Source: a bacterium (GTDB lineage Bacteria > SZUA-182 > DTGQ01 > JAFGSM01). Taken from it: a stretch of 18,917 bases of DNA. The position numbers and the translations under genes are program-made. The notes under the pieces are model-generated. The model saw only the letters and a program-made list of their open reading frames with translations, ran no database searches and was not told the origin of the DNA. The DNA lies in the NCBI GenBank assembly GCA_049472315.1, contig JBLIRN010000050.1:1-18917 (forward strand). Direction: 5' to 3'. Shown one piece after another: positions 8,106-15,967 of the stretch (the stretch's first letter is position 1; every line of letters starts with the position of its first letter).

Positions 8106-9950
8106 TCAGGCCTCCCTCTCGTATATGACACAGCAGAACGGTCCAACAGTGACCTTGCACCCATTGGCGATACGGTCGGGCATCGATCGTCCCGGCCCCA
8201 TCCAGCGTTCATCCGAGGAGTCGAGAAGCCTTCGCCATGTGCCCTCCAGGGAATCCAGGCATACAGTGGTCTCCCTATCCTCGAGGTGCATAAGGGCGAG
8301 GATGTGGTTCCTCCCATGCCGGCGGATGAGTTGGACGAGGTTGCTCCCTTCTATCCGCCGGATGCTCAGGGCATCCTTGTCCAGGCGGGAGAGGGCAGGG
8401 GACTGCCTTCTCAGCCGGATCAACGCCGTATAGAAGGCGCGCAAGACCCCGTGCCTTCCTTCGGCACGTTTTTCCCAGTGAAGCTTCGACTGCAAGAAGG
8501 TGTCCGCATCCTGGGGATCGGGGGGCTCCCCCTTCCAGCAGAAGGAGGCGAACTCCCTTTTTCGCCCCTCACGTACTGCCTTGATGAGTTCTTCGTCGGA
8601 GTGATCGATGAAATAGAGGAAAGGGGACTCCTCGCCATACTCCTCCCCCATGAAGAGAAGGGGGATATACGGGGAGACGAGGAGGAGTCCTGCCGCGCAC
8701 TTAAGCGCCTCGAAGGACACGAGTTGCGCAAGGCGCTCCCCGAGCATCCTGTTCCCCACCTGGTCGTGGTTCTGGATGAACGCCACGAAACGGCCGCCGG
8801 GGATGTCCCCGGAAGGGCTTCCGTGGTGGCGCTTCCGGTAGGCGGAATACTCCCAGGAGTAGACGAATCCCTCCCGGTATGCCTTGATGAGGTGCTCGAT
8901 CTTCCCAAAATCGGCGTAGTATCCCTCCCTTTCGCCGGTGAGGAGGGTGTGCACCGCGTGGTGGAAGTCATCGTTCCACTGTACGTCGATGGCGTATCCT
9001 CCCTCATCCCGTTTGCGTACTACGCGCACATCGTTGAGGTCGCTCTCTGCAATGAGATGGAATTTCCTGCCCTGTGCGCTGGAGAATTCCTCCACCCGCT
9101 CGGCAAGCTCCGCCAGGATGTGTTTGGCACCCGTATCGAAGATGCCGTGTATGGCATCGAGCCTCAGTGCGTCGATATGGTAGTGCTCGAACCAGTGGAG
9201 GGCATTCTGGATGAAGAACTCTCTTACCTCGTCACTCCATGCATCGTCGAAATTGATCGCCTTTCCCCAGGGGGTGTTGTATTTTCCGGTAAAGTAAGGC
9301 CCGAACTCATGGGTGTAATTCCCCTCCGGGCCGAGGTGGTTGTAAACCACATCCAGGATTACGCCAAACCCGCGTGCATGGCAGGCGTTCACCAGCCTCC
9401 TCAATCCCTCCGGCCCCCCATACGAATGTTGCACGGCAAATGGGCATACCCCGTCGTACCCCCAGTTCCGTTGCCCGGGAAACTGGGCCACCGGCATGAT
9501 TTCGAGGGTGTTCACCCCGAGGTCAGCCAGGTCGTCGAGCCGTTCGATCACCGCATCGAAGGTGCCCTGTGGGGTGAAGGTGCCCACGTGAATCTCGTAC
9601 ATCAGCATGGTTTCAAGGGGTATGCCCTGCCACTCCCGGTCTTTCCAGCAGAATGCGCCATGGTCCACGACCTCCGAGGGGCCGTGAACGCCCTCCGGCT
9701 GGTAGTGGGATGTCGGATCAGGCCTTCGGGGGCCGTCATCCAGCCGGTAGAAATAACGGGTCCCCGGCCGGACGTCCGGCACCGAGGAGTGCCAGTATCC
9801 CCTCCCGATTGCTGCAAGGGGAATCGAGCGTTCGTGCGGGTGCACGATATCCACATACACCTTGCGTGCAAAGGGCGCCCAGAGGAGGAACGAGCACTCG
9901 CCATTGCCATGGCGGCATGCCCCGATTATTTTCCCTGTGCGTGATTCCAT
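8106..9950 (-). CDS. treZ: Malto-oligosyltrehalose trehalohydrolase (GH13), 614 aa
   Basis: F.LWAP, PDPTS.YQPEGVHGPS, YEIHVGTFT, RNWGYDGV, LDVVYNHLGPEGNY, catalytic DALRLDAIH / IAESDLN / QNHDQVGNR, PLLFMGEEYGE. Confidence 0.95.
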   Translation of the reverse strand: MESRTGKIIGACRHGNGECSFLLWAPFARKVYVDIVHPHERSIPLAAIGRGYWHSSVPDVRPGTRYFYRLDDGPRRPDPTSHYQPEGVHGPSEVVDHGAFCWKDREWQGIPLETMLMYEIHVGTFTPQGTFDAVIERLDDLADLGVNTLEIMPVAQFPGQRNWGYDGVCPFAVQHSYGGPEGLRRLVNACHARGFGVILDVVYNHLGPEGNYTHEFGPYFTGKYNTPWGKAINFDDAWSDEVREFFIQNALHWFEHYHIDALRLDAIHGIFDTGAKHILAELAERVEEFSSAQGRKFHLIAESDLNDVRVVRKRDEGGYAIDVQWNDDFHHAVHTLLTGEREGYYADFGKIEHLIKAYREGFVYSWEYSAYRKRHHGSPSGDIPGGRFVAFIQNHDQVGNRMLGERLAQLVSFEALKCAAGLLLVSPYIPLLFMGEEYGEESPFLYFIDHSDEELIKAVREGRKREFASFCWKGEPPDPQDADTFLQSKLHWEKRAEGRHGVLRAFYTALIRLRRQSPALSRLDKDALSIRRIEGSNLVQLIRRHGRNHILALMHLEDRETTVCLDSLEGTWRRLLDSSDERWMGPGRSMPDRIANGCKVTVGPFCCVIYEREA

Positions 9951-10020
9951 TGAATCTTCTTTTTGTATGAAACTGTGCGATTACCATTGATGCTGCAGCG
10001 ATCGCCTGCGGATTGTGTTT

Positions 10021-10055
10021 TTCCCATAATATGGGAATGAATCCATAAAAAGCAA
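10021..10055 (-). promoter_or_regulatory. Candidate treZ-operon promoter with a perfect palindromic operator over the -10
   Basis: Minus strand TTGCTT (10055-10050), 18 nt spacer, TATTAT (10031-10026). Palindrome TTCCCATA-A-TATGGGAA at 10021-10037. Confidence 0.5.
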
Positions 10056-10279
10056 CCTCTGTTTTCCATGTGCTGTTATCTATTTAATCGACCCTTTATG
10101 GGTGTGGGAGCCTTGGGGTGATTTCCGGGGGATCGAATTGTTTCGAATGGATATGAGGCGCACCTGTAACTGTGCGGACTAACGCCACTAGGACGCCGGG
10201 TGGATTTCTCGGTTATACATCCATGCGATTTCTCTTGTGCACGGCATCCAGGCGGGGCAAGGCAGAAGAAGTGGTATCC

Positions 10280-11173
10280 CTATTTCTCGCTGTGGCCGTT
10301 GAAGGCGCTGATGATATCCCATGCCTCCTGCGCGGTCTCGACGTACTGAACAAGATCCAGGTCCTGGGGGTCAATGGTGCCTTCCTGGGCCATGACCTCG
10401 AAGTTAAAAACCCGTTTCCAGTATTCCTTGCCGAAGAGGAGCACAGGGATCTGCTTTATCTTTTTCGTTTGGATAAGGGTCAGGGCATCGAACAGTTCAT
10501 CGAGGGTCCCGAATCCTCCGGGAAAGATGACCAGGGCCTTGGCCCTCATGAGGAAGTGCATCTTGCGAATCGCGAAATATTGGAACTGAAAGCTGAGCTC
10601 GGGCGTTACGTAGGCATTGGGGGCCTGTTCCTCGGGAATGACGATATTGAGCCCGATGCTCATTGCACCCACCTCGTTCGCCCCTCTGTTTGCAGCCTCC
10701 ATGATACCCGGTCCGCCCCCGGTGATGATGACATAGGCGCGCCGTTCATTGGTCTGGCTCGAAGAGGAGACGATCCGCGCGAATTCCCTTGCCGCCTCGT
10801 AATATCTGCTCTTTTCAAGTCTACGCCAGGCAATTTCGACCTGCTTGGCGAGCTGCGGGTCCGAGGGATTACTCGAAGCGGCCTTCTTCGCCTCCTCGTA
10901 CCGGGCCCTCGCTATCTTGGGGTCCATGATCCGAGAGCTCCCGAATACGACGATGGTGGAGTCGATCCCCTTCTCCTTCAGGATGAGGTCCGGTTTATAC
11001 AGCTCGAGCTGGAGTCGCACCGGCCGTAATTCCTCGCGCAGCAGGAATTGTTCATCCGCATAGGCGAGACGGTAGGTGGGTGAGCTTGTTTGGGCCGTGG
11101 TTTCAACGGACTCTGCCGCCTTGGACTCCTCTTCGGCGCTCGGGAATATCCCCGCACCGTTATCATCATTCAT
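10280..11173 (-). CDS. LOG family (TIGR00730-type Rossmann fold) nucleotide monophosphate phosphoribohydrolase-like protein, 297 aa
   Basis: IVVFGSSR, ITGGGPGIMEAANRGA, YFAIRKMHF and PGGFGTLDELF; AAGGGG RBS. Confidence 0.92.
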   Translation of the reverse strand: MNDDNGAGIFPSAEEESKAAESVETTAQTSSPTYRLAYADEQFLLREELRPVRLQLELYKPDLILKEKGIDSTIVVFGSSRIMDPKIARARYEEAKKAASSNPSDPQLAKQVEIAWRRLEKSRYYEAAREFARIVSSSSQTNERRAYVIITGGGPGIMEAANRGANEVGAMSIGLNIVIPEEQAPNAYVTPELSFQFQYFAIRKMHFLMRAKALVIFPGGFGTLDELFDALTLIQTKKIKQIPVLLFGKEYWKRVFNFEVMAQEGTIDPQDLDLVQYVETAQEAWDIISAFNGHSEK

Positions 11174-11262
11174 TATCGATCCCCTTATCGAACTATCATT
11201 CGATTACACATGGTTAAGGAATTGGAGAACACAGGGCATTCTAACACACCTCCGGTTCCATC

Positions 11263-11371
11263 TCAAATTGGAGCAGTCAGCGCAGCAATTCTGATTGTGA
11301 CATTGCCCATAGTGATCGCAAAAAATGGTTCAAAATGAGCATTGCTGCAGTCCGCTCAATTCCAATTTTGA
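11263..11371. repeat. Long imperfect inverted repeat in the divergent intergenic region
   Basis: 11282-11300 (GCAGCAATTCTGATTGTGA) matches the reverse complement of 11330-11348 at 16/19 positions. Outer arms TCAAATTGGA (11263-11272) and TCCAATTTTGA (11361-11371). Confidence 0.6.
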
Positions 11372-11482
11372 CGTTGTGTCTTCATGGACAGATATGTTTA
11401 CGGAGCGATAGAGGGAATAACCCCTTTTCTTCACGGACAAACATGGTATCATGGATGAAACACGGGGGCCTTTGTATAGACT

Positions 11483-13804
11483 ATGCCTATGTCGCGTATC
11501 GATACATTCATTCGCCAGATGACTACTGAGTCGCGCTTTGCCTCACAGGTCGCGGTTCACCGCTATCTGCCGCCTGCGCAAGCGGAGTATGGGGACCTGC
11601 ACCTCAATGAAAGATTGAGAAAGGTGCTCGATCAGGCCGGGATCAGCCGTGTCTGGAGCCACCAGAAGGAGGCGATCGAGGCGATCCGAAGCGGCATGAA
11701 CATCGTGGTGATGACACCCACTGCAAGCGGTAAGACCCTTATTTACAACATACCGGTTATAGAATCCATACTGGAGGGGCCGGAAAGCACGGCACTCTAT
11801 ATCTTCCCCCTGAAGGGGCTGGAGCAGGACCAGGTCAACAACCTCAACAGCCTCCTTTCGGCGCTCGATATGCATCCGGAGCGGAAGAAGGGGGAGCGGA
11901 CCCCGCTGCAGGCAGCCGAGATTTATGACGGTGACACCCCTGCCCACCGGAGGAAAAAGATCAGGGAGCGCACACCGAACGTCATTTTTACCAATCCGGA
12001 CATGCTCCACCTTGCCATCAATCCGTTCCACGCAAAATGGGAGGGATTTTTCAGGCATCTCCGATATGTAGTGGTCGATGAAATCCACTCCTATCGGGGT
12101 GTTTTCGGCTCCAACGCCGCCCATGTCTTTCGAAGGCTCAGGCGAATCTGCCGGTATTACGGGAGCAGCCCCCTGTTCATCACCTCATCGGCCACCATCG
12201 CAAATCCGAAGGAACTGGCGGAAAACCTCATCGGCCTTCCCTTTCGGGAGATCTCCGAAAGCGGTGCCCCTCAAGGGGGAAAGCACTTTATCTTCATCAA
12301 TCCTCCACCGGACCGCAGCCCCTATACCGAGGCCACCAATCTTTTTGTCTCGTGCCTTCGGGCCGGCTTGAGGACCATCCTCTTCACCAGGGCGCGGAAG
12401 ATAACCGAGCTTATCTATACCTGGGCCGTGCAGCAGGCGGGCGAGCTCGCCCCCCTGATCAGTCCGTATCGGTCGGGGTTTCTGGCCAGGGAGCGCAGGA
12501 TCATCGAGCAGCGTCTTTTTCAGGGCGAGTTGATGGGGGTGGTCACCACCAGCGCCCTTGAGCTGGGGATCGACATCGGGGGTCTGGACGTCTGTATCCT
12601 GGCGGGATATCCCGGCTCCATCGCCAGCACCTGGCAGCGTGCAGGGAGGGTGGGAAGGCACGGCGACTCGTCGGCCGTATTGATGGTGGCCATTCGGGAT
12701 GCCCTGGATCAGTACTTCATGCGCCACCCCGATGCCTTTTTCGGAAAGAGCCATGAGGAGGTGATCGTGGATCCGGGCAATCCGAGGCTGCTCAAAAGGC
12801 ACCTCCCTTGCGCAGCGGCGGAGATCTACCTTCGCGAGGACGACCCGGTCTACGAGGTGCCGAGGCTCAAGCCCCTGCTCGATGAGCTTGTGGCATCCGG
12901 GGAGATGAATCCGGGGAAACGTGGTGACATCTGGTTTCCCAGGAACAGGCACCCCCAGCGCGAGGTGGGCATCCGGAGCATCGGGGAGCCCTGGGGCATC
13001 TTCCTGGAGTCGGGGGAAAGGATCGGGGAACTTGATGCATCCCGGGTGTTCGGTGAGGCATTCCCCGGAGCGATCTACCTGCACCAGGGACGGCAGTACC
13101 GGATCACCCGGCTCGATCCCGTCAAAAAGCGGGCGCTGTGCACCACGGTGGATGTCCACTACTATACCCAGGCCATGAGCAGCAAGCAGACCCGGGTCCT
13201 CTCCGAAGAGGAATCACAGAGGCTTCCGGCACTCAGCGTCCATCGGGGGAACCTCGCCATGACCCAGCGGATTACAGGGTATGAGAGGCGCCGGATGTAC
13301 GACGGGACCAGGATATCGCGGCACACCCTGGATATGCCGGAGACCAGCTTCGATACGGAGGGATTGTGGATGGTGCTCGATCAGGATGCAATGAGGACCC
13401 TGGCATCGAACGGGCATGACCTTGCCGGAAGCCTTCATGCCATAGAGCACGCCGGCATCAAGTGCATTCCCCTCTTTGCGATCTGCGACAAGGGGGACAT
13501 CGGCGGTCTGAGCTATGCCTCCTATCCCGTGTATGCCCGGCCGACCATCTTCATCTATGACGGCTACGAGGGGGGGATCGGTTTCACGAAGAGGGGGTTT
13601 CATCGCATCGAGGACCTGCTCCGGGCCACCCTCGCCCTCATCAGGGAGTGTCCCTGCGAGGGAGGGTGCCCAGCCTGCGTCCAGGACCCCCTGTGCGGCT
13701 CCGGAAACGAGCCGCTTGATAAACAAGGGGCGCTCCTGGTGCTTTCCCGATGTCTTGATACGGCCACATCCGGCAAATCTGATTCAATGGATTCCGCTGG
13801 TTGA
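11483..13804 (+). CDS. SF2 DEAD/DEAH-box helicase with C-terminal DUF1998 Zn-binding domain (Hrq1/SftH/YprA-MrfA clade), ~773 aa
   Basis: WSHQ, Walker A TPTASGKT, IFPLKGLEQDQ, TNPDMLH, DEIH, SSAT, TSALELGIDIG, WQRAGRVGR, HLPCAAAE, IFIYDGYEGGIG and CPCEGGCPAC. Start is ATG 11483 or 11489; extended -10-like TGGTATCAT at 11444-11452. Confidence 0.93.
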   Translation: MPMSRIDTFIRQMTTESRFASQVAVHRYLPPAQAEYGDLHLNERLRKVLDQAGISRVWSHQKEAIEAIRSGMNIVVMTPTASGKTLIYNIPVIESILEGPESTALYIFPLKGLEQDQVNNLNSLLSALDMHPERKKGERTPLQAAEIYDGDTPAHRRKKIRERTPNVIFTNPDMLHLAINPFHAKWEGFFRHLRYVVVDEIHSYRGVFGSNAAHVFRRLRRICRYYGSSPLFITSSATIANPKELAENLIGLPFREISESGAPQGGKHFIFINPPPDRSPYTEATNLFVSCLRAGLRTILFTRARKITELIYTWAVQQAGELAPLISPYRSGFLARERRIIEQRLFQGELMGVVTTSALELGIDIGGLDVCILAGYPGSIASTWQRAGRVGRHGDSSAVLMVAIRDALDQYFMRHPDAFFGKSHEEVIVDPGNPRLLKRHLPCAAAEIYLREDDPVYEVPRLKPLLDELVASGEMNPGKRGDIWFPRNRHPQREVGIRSIGEPWGIFLESGERIGELDASRVFGEAFPGAIYLHQGRQYRITRLDPVKKRALCTTVDVHYYTQAMSSKQTRVLSEEESQRLPALSVHRGNLAMTQRITGYERRRMYDGTRISRHTLDMPETSFDTEGLWMVLDQDAMRTLASNGHDLAGSLHAIEHAGIKCIPLFAICDKGDIGGLSYASYPVYARPTIFIYDGYEGGIGFTKRGFHRIEDLLRATLALIRECPCEGGCPACVQDPLCGSGNEPLDKQGALLVLSRCLDTATSGKSDSMDSAG

Positions 13805-13811
13805 ATCCATT
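13786..13811. terminator. Hairpin overlapping the helicase stop codon, possible terminator between convergent genes
   Basis: AATGGATTC (13786-13794) pairs with GAATCCATT (13803-13811) around an 8 nt loop. No clear U-tract. Confidence 0.35.
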
Positions 13812-13923
13812 CATACCAGCAGGTCCAAAGACGAAGGAAATGCTGCAGGAAGGTACTCCCGATCATGAAACCTATAGGGATGTTTCTGTGACCATTATGA
13901 TGGATACTCAGGAGGAACGATAA

Positions 13924-14163
13924 TCAGGGCCGGGTTTCCTGCCCCTTTTCATATTCGTTCTTGATCCTCTCCAGGGCGATATCGTCTATCTTCTTTCCCG
14001 TAGCCTTTTCGGCGGCATCCCTGATATACTCATTTTCAATGCGATCCACCGTCCTTGGAAGCCTATCGGTGATCAGTTCGGTGGCAAAAACAACGATCAT
14101 CGAAACCAGGGCGCAGAAGAGGATTATGCAGAGATACAATTTTATGTCCCTTTTTGAGATCAT
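13924..14163 (-). CDS. Small hypothetical single-pass membrane protein, 79 aa
   Basis: ATG with a TAAGGA RBS. Basic N-terminus, hydrophobic LYLCIILFCALVSMIVVFA, then a charged helical tail. Confidence 0.7.
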   Translation of the reverse strand: MISKRDIKLYLCIILFCALVSMIVVFATELITDRLPRTVDRIENEYIRDAAEKATGKKIDDIALERIKNEYEKGQETRP

Positions 14164-14395
14164 TTTTTTGTATCCTTACCATTGAAATGTGGTCAGCACC
14201 TCATCCATTTTTCTCATATACTTATCGAACCCTGGCGAGGATTTCTTTACCCCGGCGCTGTTGTTTTTGGGGACTTGCTCAATACATTGTTGGAGAAGGG
14301 GAATTCTTCTTCCCGGAGGACAGTGGGCAATTACCTTTTCTCAGGCGGAGTCAACCACAGCAGGTTGCAGAAGGAGAGAGGAAAACAATTACGGA

Positions 14396-15367
14396 TTAAC
14401 CTTGATGCTCAAGGCCTGGGGGGAGTTCCCTGAGGTGCCGGGTGGCCTGTTCCTTTGCCTTGAAGTCCCGCAGCACCCTCTCGACCTGTTCCCTTTTCAG
14501 ATCGAGTGCGCTCGAGACCTGCTCCACGGGTATATGCTGTTCATAGGCATAGAGGAGGAGGTCGAGGAGCTCGTAGTCGATGCAGAAGTAGAATTCCTTG
14601 TCCGTGACCGGAAGGCTGTATGTATCGGGACTCGGAGATCGTGCAATGATCTCGTCGATCACCCCGAGGTGTTTGGCCAGCGCAAAGACCTGGGTCTTGT
14701 ACAGGTGGGCTATAGGTTCGATGTCCACACCGCCGTCGCCGTACTTGACATAAAATCCCTGGAGCAATTCCGCCTTGTTCGTGGTCCCTGCCACCACGTA
14801 ATTATTTCTTTCCGCATGGTAGTAAAGCTGGATCATTCTCATCCGCTGCTTCATGTTCTGACAGGCGGAGATCTTCAGCCAATCGCCCCCCGAGAGCCTT
14901 TTGTGCTGTTTGTTCCCGTTGCCATCCATGATGGTGATGGTGTGGAAATTGAATCGATCGGTTTCCATAAGGTTCTGGGGAAGGCTGATATGGAACTTGT
15001 AGGATTCGTCGAATTCCGGGAAGATCGTTGTGATGACGGCATTTCGATTCTCATACAATTGCAGGGATTCGAGATACCCGGTGATGTCGATCCTGATCGT
15101 CTCTATCCCCATTTTTCGGGCGTGTTTTGCAGCGTATTCCGCACTCACGGGATTGGATTCCCTTTCCGGGAGGATCAGCCCGAGAACCCTGTCCCTGCCA
15201 GCGGCGTGCACGCAAAGCTCGGCAACGAGGGCTGAATCGATCCCTCCGCTCATCCCAATCACCAGCCCCCTTCTTTTAAGGTCCTTAAACACCGTTTCCC
15301 GCATGAAATCAGTAATGCGCTGAAGCTCGAGGTCCGGATCGATATCTAACACTGCCTTAGAAAACAT
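14396..15367 (-). CDS. nadE: NH3-dependent NAD+ synthetase-like protein with a central insertion, 323 aa
   Basis: PP-loop GMSGGIDSA, VLGLILPE, NMKQRMRM, VAGTTNKAE, GFYVKYGDGGVDIEPIAHLYKTQV and RSPSPD. No N-terminal glutaminase domain. GAGGT RBS. Confidence 0.85.
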   Translation of the reverse strand: MFSKAVLDIDPDLELQRITDFMRETVFKDLKRRGLVIGMSGGIDSALVAELCVHAAGRDRVLGLILPERESNPVSAEYAAKHARKMGIETIRIDITGYLESLQLYENRNAVITTIFPEFDESYKFHISLPQNLMETDRFNFHTITIMDGNGNKQHKRLSGGDWLKISACQNMKQRMRMIQLYYHAERNNYVVAGTTNKAELLQGFYVKYGDGGVDIEPIAHLYKTQVFALAKHLGVIDEIIARSPSPDTYSLPVTDKEFYFCIDYELLDLLLYAYEQHIPVEQVSSALDLKREQVERVLRDFKAKEQATRHLRELPPGLEHQG

Positions 15368-15459
15368 AGGTGATATACCTCATGTGCATCTATTTTGGGA
15401 TGAGTCCCCGTATTTTTGCTGGTGATGAGGAATCGGACAAGAAAAAAGAAATCCTTCTA

Positions 15460-15487
15460 TTGACAAGTTAATAAATAATGATAGTAT
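15460..15487 (+). promoter_or_regulatory. Overlapping divergent sigma70-type promoter firing into the ORF-less region
   Basis: TTGACA (15460-15465), 16 nt spacer, TAGTAT (15482-15487), with an extended -10 TG at 15479-15480. Confidence 0.5.
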
Positions 15488-15506
15488 ATTCTATAGTTTT
15501 TGTCAA
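15478..15506 (-). promoter_or_regulatory. Sigma70-type promoter directed toward nadE
   Basis: Minus strand TTGACA (15506-15501), 17 nt spacer, TATCAT (15483-15478). Confidence 0.7.
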
Positions 15507-15799
15507 AATTGGGCCTGCTTCTCTATCGATAGTCTTTTTGATGATCCCCATTCACCGGCGCTTCATGCACATGTCCATGAGAATATCCTGCATGATTCGA
15601 TATGCACCTTCGTACGGACTATGTGAGCAATGTGACCATCTCATTTGAAATGGAGAAGAATCCCCCACTGCATTCGGCAATCCGTGGTTACAGGGTTCAT
15701 GCATATGGTCAGGGGAAAATGTTCCCCATGTTCGTCTATTGAAACGTAAGAGACAACAATCAGGAAAGACACAATACTGTTTACAAGGGGATGAAAATG

Positions 15800-15967
15800 A
15801 AAGGGTGAAACGCCCGCCATCGGCGACAATACCCTCTCTTGGGAAGTTGAGGTATTGGAAACCCTGAGCACCTATAGAGATTGAGATGCGCCCATGAAAG
15901 GACAACATCCTCCAGACATCCTCATGGGACAGCGCGCCACTCGCACCTAACGGGTGGCGCGCCTTTT
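15800..15967 (+). ncRNA. Candidate structured small RNA, family not recognised
   Basis: Hand-folded three-way junction (15802-15865), CCCATGA/TCATGGG stem (15891-15928) enclosing two ACATCCTC copies, then a terminator-like hairpin. No credible ORF. The 5' boundary is uncertain. Confidence 0.4.
15932..15967 (+). terminator. Intrinsic terminator-like hairpin
   Basis: GCGCGCCACTCG - CACCTAA - CGGGTGGCGCGC, a 12 bp stem with one G-U pair that works only on the + strand, followed by CTTTT. Confidence 0.65.

Noticed and set aside
7989..9944. 651 aa + strand ORF
   Set aside because: In-register antisense shadow of treZ; no motifs.
11483..13804. DISARM (DrmAB) or other defence call for the DUF1998 helicase
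   Set aside because: Single-chain helicase plus DUF1998 matches the Hrq1/SftH/MrfA repair clade; no DNA methylase, PLD or SNF2 partner is nearby.
14222..14249. Sigma28-like promoter TAAA-N16-TTCGATAA on the - strand; CTTATCGAAC also occurs at 11184-11193
   Set aside because: Spacer is one base too long with two mismatches in the -10; the second copy overlaps the LOG RBS. Likely chance.
15541..15867. Short + strand ORF with CEQCDH, possible TGA read-through, and the MKMKG minigene at 15791-15808
   Set aside because: No RBS for the first ORF, CxxCxH is not a heme-binding CxxCH, and read-through products resemble nothing; no basis for a selenoprotein call.
15552..15908. 118 aa - strand ORF, and the nested 76 aa ORF, in the intergenic region
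   Set aside because: Composition is not protein-like (scattered Cys, His, Met; no motif) and it runs antisense through the hairpin cluster. Cannot be fully excluded, since a GAGGA lies upstream.
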